From an uncultured Thermodesulfobacteriota bacterium (GTDB lineage: Bacteria > Desulfobacterota > WTBG01 > CAIYCZ01), in the NCBI GenBank assembly GCA_964594075.1, contig CAZQKW010000009.1, positions 11,912 to 75,911 on the forward strand: 64,000 nucleotides of DNA. The letters run 5' to 3'. This document shows positions 58,032 through 64,000 of the stretch, in pieces (the first letter of the stretch is position 1; the number at the start of each line of letters is the position of its first letter). The notes under the pieces were generated by a model that was not told where the DNA came from, made no database searches, and worked only from the letters and a program-made list of their open reading frames with translations. The position numbers and the translations under genes are program-made.

Positions 58032-61000
58032 ATGCCACGCAGAACAGACATCCATAAAATTCTCATCATTGGTTCCGGCCCCATAGTCATTAGCCAGGCC
58101 TGCGAATTTGACTACTCCGGCACGCAGGCATGCAAAGCGCTGAAAGAAGAAGGGTTTGAAGTGGTTCTGGTTAACAGCAATCCGGCAACTATCATGACCG
58201 ATCCGGAGATGGCTGATAAAACCTATATTGAACCCATTACCCCGGATAGTGTTGAACTGATAATCAAACGCGAGCACCCCGATGCGCTGCTGCCCACCAT
58301 GGGAGGGCAGACAGCCCTCAACGTTGCATCACTGCTGGCGGAGAAAGGCGTGCTAGAGCGCTACGGCGTGAAGATGATTGGCGCGCACTATGAGGCAATC
58401 CGCAAGGCGGAAGACCGGGAATATTTCAAGAACGCAATAAAAAAGCTGGGTCTTGACCTGCCGCAGAGCGGACTTGCCCACACTATGGATGAAGCGCGCG
58501 CCATAGCCGCGCGCTTAGGATTTCCGCTCATCATCCGCCCCAGCTACACGCTGGGCGGCACGGGCGGCGGGATTGCCTACAACACGCAGGACTTTGTAGA
58601 GATCGCAGCCCAGGGCCTGCAGTGCAGCATGATCAACGAGATTCTTATTGAAGAATCGGTAATCGGCTGGAAAGAGTATGAGCTCGAGGTGATGCGTGAC
58701 CTGAAAGACAATGTGGTCATTATCTGCTCGATTGAAAATCTTGATCCTATGGGCATCCACACCGGCGACAGCATCACCGTTGCGCCTGCGCAGACGCTGA
58801 CCGACAAGGAATACCAGCAGATGCGGGATGCCGCCATTGCGATTATCCGGGAAATCGGGGTTGAAACCGGCGGATCAAACATTCAGTTTGCGGTGAACCC
58901 GGAAAACGGGCGCATGGTGGTCATAGAAATGAATCCCCGGGTTTCGCGAAGTTCCGCCCTTGCTTCAAAGGCCACGGGGTTCCCCATTGCAAAAATGGCG
59001 GCAAAACTTGCAGTCGGCTACACCCTTGACGAAATACCTAATGATATTACCAAAGAGACGCCGGCTTCCTTTGAGCCCACCATTGATTATTGTGTGGTTA
59101 AAATACCGCGCTTCACCTTTGAAAAATTCCCTGAAACCGACCCGACGCTGGGCATTTCCATGAAATCAGTGGGCGAAACCATGGCGATCGGCAGAACCTT
59201 CAAGGAAGCGCTGCAAAAGGGGTTGCGCTCCCTTGAAATTGGGCGCTGGGGGCTCGGCGCAGACGGTAAAGACCCGGTTGTTGCCGATCAGCAGGAATGG
59301 ACGGCGCTGGTGAGAAAAAAACTAGCGACCCAGAATGCGGAGCGCATCTTTTATGTGCGCCATGCTTTTCAATTGGGAATGTCCCTGGCCGAGATTCGCG
59401 ATCTGAGCAAAATTGATCCGTGGTTTTTAGATAACATAAAACAGATTGTTGACACTGAACAGCAGATACAAACAGCGGTTAGGACATGGTGCACTGCACC
59501 GGCTCATACCCAGAACCCGATTGCAGGGCACACCACATTTCTCTGGAAGATTAAACAATATGGATTTTCTGACCGGCAGCTTGCCTGGCTATCAGGCCTT
59601 GACGAAGATTCCGTTCGCCAGATGCGGGAACAGGCGGGCATCAAACCGGTATTCAAGCTGGTTGACACCTGTGCGGCAGAGTTTGAAGCCTATACGCCCT
59701 ATTATTATTCAACCTATGAGCGGGAAAACGAGGTCAAAAAAACCACCTGCAAGAAAATTATGATACTGGGCGGCGGTCCGAACCGCATCGGCCAGGGAAT
59801 TGAGTTTGATTACTGCTGTGTGCATGCATCATTTGCTTTGCGGGATCTGGGGTATGAGACCATCATGGTCAACAGCAACCCGGAAACAGTAAGCACTGAT
59901 TATGATACCTCAAGCAGGCTTTATTTTGAGCCCTTAACCCTGGAGGATGTCCTGAATATTGTCGCAGCAGAGCAGCCTGACGGGGTCATTGTGCAGTTTG
60001 GGGGACAGACGCCACTCAATCTCGCGGTGCCGCTGGCGCGACACAATGTGCCGATTATTGGCACCTCGCCCGACAGCATTGACCGCGCGGAGAACCGCAA
60101 GCGCTTTACCGCGGTGCTGACAAAACTGGGGCTTCGCCAGCCGCCCAATGCGACAGCGACCTCGGTAGCTGAAGCGGTACACAAGGCCCGCGAACTGGGG
60201 TTTCCGGTGCTGGTGCGGCCATCGTATGTGCTGGGCGGCAGGGCAATGCGGATTGTTTATGATGAAGATACCTTGCGCCGGTTTGTGCATGAGGCCATAA
60301 CCGTCAATCCCGAACACCCTATTCTGGTGGACAAATTTCTTGAGGACGCCATAGAAGTTGACGTGGATGCGGTTGCAGACGGGGAGAGCTGTGTTATTGC
60401 CGGCATCATGGAGCACATTGAACAGGCCGGCATTCATTCAGGCGACAGCGCCTGTGTCATTCCGCCCTATTCACTGTCAGACCGCATACAGGAAATTATA
60501 CGGCATAATACCTTTGCCCTGGCGCGCGAACTCAATGTCGTAGGCCTTATGAACATCCAATGTGCCATAAAAAACGACACTGTTTACATTCTGGAGGTTA
60601 ATCCCCGGGCATCACGCACCGTGCCGTTTGTCAGCAAGGCAACCGGCAGACCCTGGGCAAAAATCGCGGCCCGGGTCATGGTCGGGAAAAAACTTCAGGA
60701 GCTTGGCATAACCAGCGAGGTGAGGATAGGGCACTTTGCAGTCAAGGAAGCAGTGTTTCCGTTTAATCGGTTTCCGGGCGTGGATCCGATTTTAGGCCCG
60801 GAGATGAAATCAACGGGCGAAGTCATGGGCATCGATGAGGACTTTGGCAAAGCATTTCTCAAATCGCAGCTTGCTGCAGGCCAGCGGTTGCCGCGAGACG
60901 GAACGATCCTTATTAGTGTCAATGATCGGGATAAAAAATTAATAACAGAAAGTGCAAAACAGATGGAAGCATTGGGGTTCACTCTGGTGGGCACTGTTGG

Positions 61001-61304
61001 CACCGCCCGGTATCTCAAGGAGCAGGGAATCACCATCAGTGCTGTGTCAAAACTTGGGGAAGGACGGCCCAATATTCTGGACCTGATAAAAAATGACGCC
61101 ATTAATCTGGTAATCAATACACCGTCAGGCAAGGAGTCTGCACACGATCAGATAACCATTCGGCGCAGTGCAATACAGTATGGCGTTCCCTATATTACGA
61201 CTATTCCGGGGGCTGCGGCTGCCGTGCGCGGCATTGCATCCTTGAAAAAAGGTACCCTCACGGTTAAAACGATTCAGGAATACCATCAAAAAAGCAAACC
61301 ATAA
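58032..61304 (+). CDS. carB: carbamoyl-phosphate synthase large subunit
   Basis: 1090 aa; duplicated ATP-grasp halves, MGS-like C-terminal domain. Confidence 0.95.
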   Translation: MPRRTDIHKILIIGSGPIVISQACEFDYSGTQACKALKEEGFEVVLVNSNPATIMTDPEMADKTYIEPITPDSVELIIKREHPDALLPTMGGQTALNVASLLAEKGVLERYGVKMIGAHYEAIRKAEDREYFKNAIKKLGLDLPQSGLAHTMDEARAIAARLGFPLIIRPSYTLGGTGGGIAYNTQDFVEIAAQGLQCSMINEILIEESVIGWKEYELEVMRDLKDNVVIICSIENLDPMGIHTGDSITVAPAQTLTDKEYQQMRDAAIAIIREIGVETGGSNIQFAVNPENGRMVVIEMNPRVSRSSALASKATGFPIAKMAAKLAVGYTLDEIPNDITKETPASFEPTIDYCVVKIPRFTFEKFPETDPTLGISMKSVGETMAIGRTFKEALQKGLRSLEIGRWGLGADGKDPVVADQQEWTALVRKKLATQNAERIFYVRHAFQLGMSLAEIRDLSKIDPWFLDNIKQIVDTEQQIQTAVRTWCTAPAHTQNPIAGHTTFLWKIKQYGFSDRQLAWLSGLDEDSVRQMREQAGIKPVFKLVDTCAAEFEAYTPYYYSTYERENEVKKTTCKKIMILGGGPNRIGQGIEFDYCCVHASFALRDLGYETIMVNSNPETVSTDYDTSSRLYFEPLTLEDVLNIVAAEQPDGVIVQFGGQTPLNLAVPLARHNVPIIGTSPDSIDRAENRKRFTAVLTKLGLRQPPNATATSVAEAVHKARELGFPVLVRPSYVLGGRAMRIVYDEDTLRRFVHEAITVNPEHPILVDKFLEDAIEVDVDAVADGESCVIAGIMEHIEQAGIHSGDSACVIPPYSLSDRIQEIIRHNTFALARELNVVGLMNIQCAIKNDTVYILEVNPRASRTVPFVSKATGRPWAKIAARVMVGKKLQELGITSEVRIGHFAVKEAVFPFNRFPGVDPILGPEMKSTGEVMGIDEDFGKAFLKSQLAAGQRLPRDGTILISVNDRDKKLITESAKQMEALGFTLVGTVGTARYLKEQGITISAVSKLGEGRPNILDLIKNDAINLVINTPSGKESAHDQITIRRSAIQYGVPYITTIPGAAAAVRGIASLKKGTLTVKTIQEYHQKSKP

Positions 61305-61449
61305 CTTCAAAATTCTAAAACTAAATAATATCAAATCTCACCCACTAAAGAGTTTAGAATTTAGAAATTCGGATTTAAGTTTTAACTAAAAACTGAGTAT
61401 AGTAATTATTCAATTTATACTAACCCCATTGCCAAAAAGAGGCAGAGAA

Positions 61450-62820
61450 ATGATGAAATATATGCCTTTGTCACGAAGTTTGCGTGAAGAGTGCGGCATT
61501 TTTGGCATTTATCATCATCCACATGCGGCTGAGATTGCCTACCTGGGCCTGTATGCCCTTCAGCACCGGGGCGAGGAGAGCGCCGGCATAGTTGTTTCTG
61601 ATGGCACGCGTGTTATAGGCCATAAAGGTATGGGGCTTGCAAGCGAAGTGTTTAACCCTGAAATTCTCCGGCAGCTCTCAGGACACCATGCCGTGGGACA
61701 CATCCGCTACTCCACCACCGGCGCATCAGAACTTAAAAATGCGCAGCCGTTTCTGGTGGAATATTCGCAAGGGCCGGTTGCCATTGCCCACAACGGTAAC
61801 CTGGTCAATATCAGAGAATTAAGAGCTGCCCTTGAGCAGCGTGGTTCAATCTTCCAGTCAACCATGGACAGTGAGGTGATTGTCCACCTTCTGGCCTGTT
61901 CGCAAAAAAACGCAGTAGAGGATCGGCTCATAGATGCGCTCGCGCAAGTGAAGGGCGCATATTCCCTTATTTTCCTTTTTAAGGATAAGCTGATCGGAGT
62001 CAGAGACCCGCGCGGATTCAGACCGCTCTGTCTGGGAATCTTGAATGGCTCGTATGTGCTTGCCTCTGAAACCTGTGCATTGGACATTATACAGGCTCAT
62101 TATCTCCGAGACATTGAACCGGGAGAAATTGTAATTATAGATGATTCTGGAATACGATCCATGTATCCCTTCCCTCCGGAAAAACATGCCTTTTGCATCT
62201 TTGAATTCATTTACTTTGCGCGACCGGACAGTGCCATTTTCGGCAAGGGGGTTTATAGTGCCCGCAAGGAACTCGGGCGGCAGCTTGCCCATGAAAGTCC
62301 TATTGCGGCAGATATTGTTGTTCCCATGCCCGACTCCGGAAACTGTGCGGGGCTTGGGTTTGCAGAGGTATCAGGGATACCGTTTGAGATGGGCATCATC
62401 CGTAATCATTATGTGGGAAGAACGTTTATTCAGCCCGCGCAATCATCCCGTGACCTGCGGGTAAAGATAAAACTAAACCCTGTACGGGAAGCAATAGCAG
62501 GGAAACGCATTGTGCTGGTAGAAGACTCCATTGTGCGCGGCACCACCAGCCGTATCAGGATCAAAAACTTTAAGGAGGCCGGCGCACGAGAAATTCACAT
62601 GCGCGTCAGTTGCCCGCCCCACCGCTATCCCTGCCTGTACGGCATTGACTTCCCCACCCGCGAGGAGCTGGTGGCGTCCTCCCACACCGAAGAAGAAATA
62701 CGGCAGTTCCTCGGCCTTGAAACCCTCGGCTACTTAAGCATCGAGGGAATGCTTAAAGCCATGCCCCTGCCTTCAGAAGAATTCTGCCTTGCCTGTTTTA
62801 CTGGCAAATATCCAACCTGA
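61450..62820 (+). CDS. purF: amidophosphoribosyltransferase (with short propeptide before Cys1)
   Basis: CGIFGIY class-II GATase nucleophile after propeptide; PRTase domain; C-terminal Cys residues suggesting 4Fe-4S type. Confidence 0.85.
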   Translation: MMKYMPLSRSLREECGIFGIYHHPHAAEIAYLGLYALQHRGEESAGIVVSDGTRVIGHKGMGLASEVFNPEILRQLSGHHAVGHIRYSTTGASELKNAQPFLVEYSQGPVAIAHNGNLVNIRELRAALEQRGSIFQSTMDSEVIVHLLACSQKNAVEDRLIDALAQVKGAYSLIFLFKDKLIGVRDPRGFRPLCLGILNGSYVLASETCALDIIQAHYLRDIEPGEIVIIDDSGIRSMYPFPPEKHAFCIFEFIYFARPDSAIFGKGVYSARKELGRQLAHESPIAADIVVPMPDSGNCAGLGFAEVSGIPFEMGIIRNHYVGRTFIQPAQSSRDLRVKIKLNPVREAIAGKRIVLVEDSIVRGTTSRIRIKNFKEAGAREIHMRVSCPPHRYPCLYGIDFPTREELVASSHTEEEIRQFLGLETLGYLSIEGMLKAMPLPSEEFCLACFTGKYPT

Positions 62821-63679
62821 TACCATAGAATCTGGGATACAGAAGTAAGATGACAAAATATTAATGCTGACAAAAAAGTCGGTCCGTTAATCTATCCCGA
62901 ACCATTCTGGCAAACAATCTCAAATGGCTCGGGACATATTTGTAGATGCTCGTTTAGCCGCAAAACTATTGCGCATAAATGCGCTCTTGCAGGAATTTAA
63001 TATGTTTTAATAGTGTTAGAGTACTGCTGTTGCCTTTTTCCACACCCACTCAATCAGTGAAATTCCCATAAAGCATGCAAGTGTCCAGTCGGCATTACCG
63101 AGCAGCAGACTTCCAGTAAAAATCTTCCCGTCTCTTTATTGCCTCGATTCCCAGCCCGTGACGCTGTGCCCGGTCATAAAAGCAAATAGTGAGCATGCAA
63201 ACAATGAATGAAAGCAAGTTTATCACAACGCCCCTGTCAGAATACCGAATTGATAAATAACAGATGGATCAATGCCAAAGTTAAAAGTCCAAAAAATGGC
63301 CGCCAGAAAAACCGTGCGCCCTTGTTAATGTTTTCTTCGATATCTTCTGCCTTGTAAACGTATTATGCGATTAAGTAATAACACCTGCACATGCGCTATG
63401 CTGCTTGATTTTGTTCACTATATGGGTATATAAACAAAAAAAATACACGCACGGTTAACACTATTAGAACCAATATTATAATTGATGTAAACTGATGTTT
63501 GAAACAACCAAACTCAGCCGATTAAAAACTAAAAAAGCCATGGTTCAAGAAGGATTGAAATTATTAATTAGTATTAAAAGGCAGAGACAAATATGGGAAA
63601 TTGAAAGGTCAGCTCAAATGGGATGATTAATCTTGAAAACAATAGTAAAACGCGATTGCGTATCCTAATGGTAGAAGCA

Positions 63680-64000
63680 TATGCAAAAAATTCTCATCAT
63701 AGATGACGATGTCCGGTTGGTAACAAACGTTGAAACCTACTTAAAAGACTTTGGGTATCGGATTGACGCCGCCTTCAACGGGTCTGATGGATTACAGAAA
63801 GTAAAATCTTTCCAGCCGGATCTGGTTGTGCTTGATCTGATGATGCCCGGACTTGACGGGCTTGAAGTATGCCGGCAGATACGCCGGGATAACGCAGTCC
63901 CCATTATAATGCTTACTGCCCGCGGCGAGGAGTCTGACGTGGTCGCCGGACTTGAAATGGGCGCAGATGATTATCTGACGAAACCGTTTAGCTTGCGCGA
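63680..64000 (+). CDS. OmpR-family response regulator (receiver domain; 3' end beyond window)
   Basis: MQKILIIDDD...DLVVLDLMMPGLDG...LTAR...GADDYLTKPF receiver-domain motifs; runs off the window end. Confidence 0.7.

Noticed and set aside
1-64000. CRISPR arrays, rRNA genes, additional tRNAs
   Set aside because: No regularly spaced direct repeats and no rRNA-like conserved stretches seen; only the single tRNA-Sec was recognisable

Overview
The window is a 64-kb chromosomal segment from a Gram-negative bacterium, probably an anaerobe (about 70 features called). It carries an LPS/KDO export cluster, GYD- and DUF169-family proteins, an MvhD-like protein, and a tRNA-Sec, which shows that selenocysteine is decoded in this organism. 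Most of the window is housekeeping.

Call frame: start..end strand gene.
- 53..5153 (-): kdsA-kdsD-kdsC-lptC-lptA-lptB. The LptA here is atypical, with an N-terminal TolB-N-like domain.
- 7884..21070 (-): glmS, glmU, then divergent bamD (+), alaS, recX, recA, thpR, cinA, pgpA, a cyclophilin-like protein, a deoxyhypusine-synthase-like protein and gmhA.
- 21448..32847: rpoZ (-), tkt, class II RNR nrdJ, nth (+) and aat (-).
- 46589..62820 (+): trpS, then a cluster of glutamine-using enzymes: glnA, a class I GATase, an MvhD-like protein, a three-gene archaeal-type glutamate-synthase-like set, carA, carB and purF.

Non-routine observations:
1. A DsbA/FrnE-like gene at 22057..22650 (-) has an in-frame TGA exactly at the first Cys of the CxxC motif (reads U-P-F-C), so it is a candidate selenoprotein. 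The ORF caller split it. A 72-aa ORF overlaps its GTG start through a GTGA junction.
2. A roughly 350-nt MITE-like element has 13-bp perfect terminal inverted repeats. The intact copy is at 23537..23888; a 5'-fragment is at ~21868..22056 and a degenerate copy at ~43060..43420. Two internal hairpins show compensatory base changes between copies.
3. A ferredoxin-dependent bilin reductase (PcyA/PebA-family) homolog at 38489..39208 (-) sits in an AT-rich accessory islet with no adjacent heme oxygenase.
4. An NlpC/P60 peptidase at 26713..27972 (+) is fused to a C-terminal region that looks like an autotransporter beta-barrel.
5. An E2/CAT-like acyltransferase and an acyl-reductase-like SDR flank a MITE copy.

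Calls rest on reading conserved motifs and synteny in the supplied translations. No database search was run. The ORF track reports GTG/TTG starts as M.
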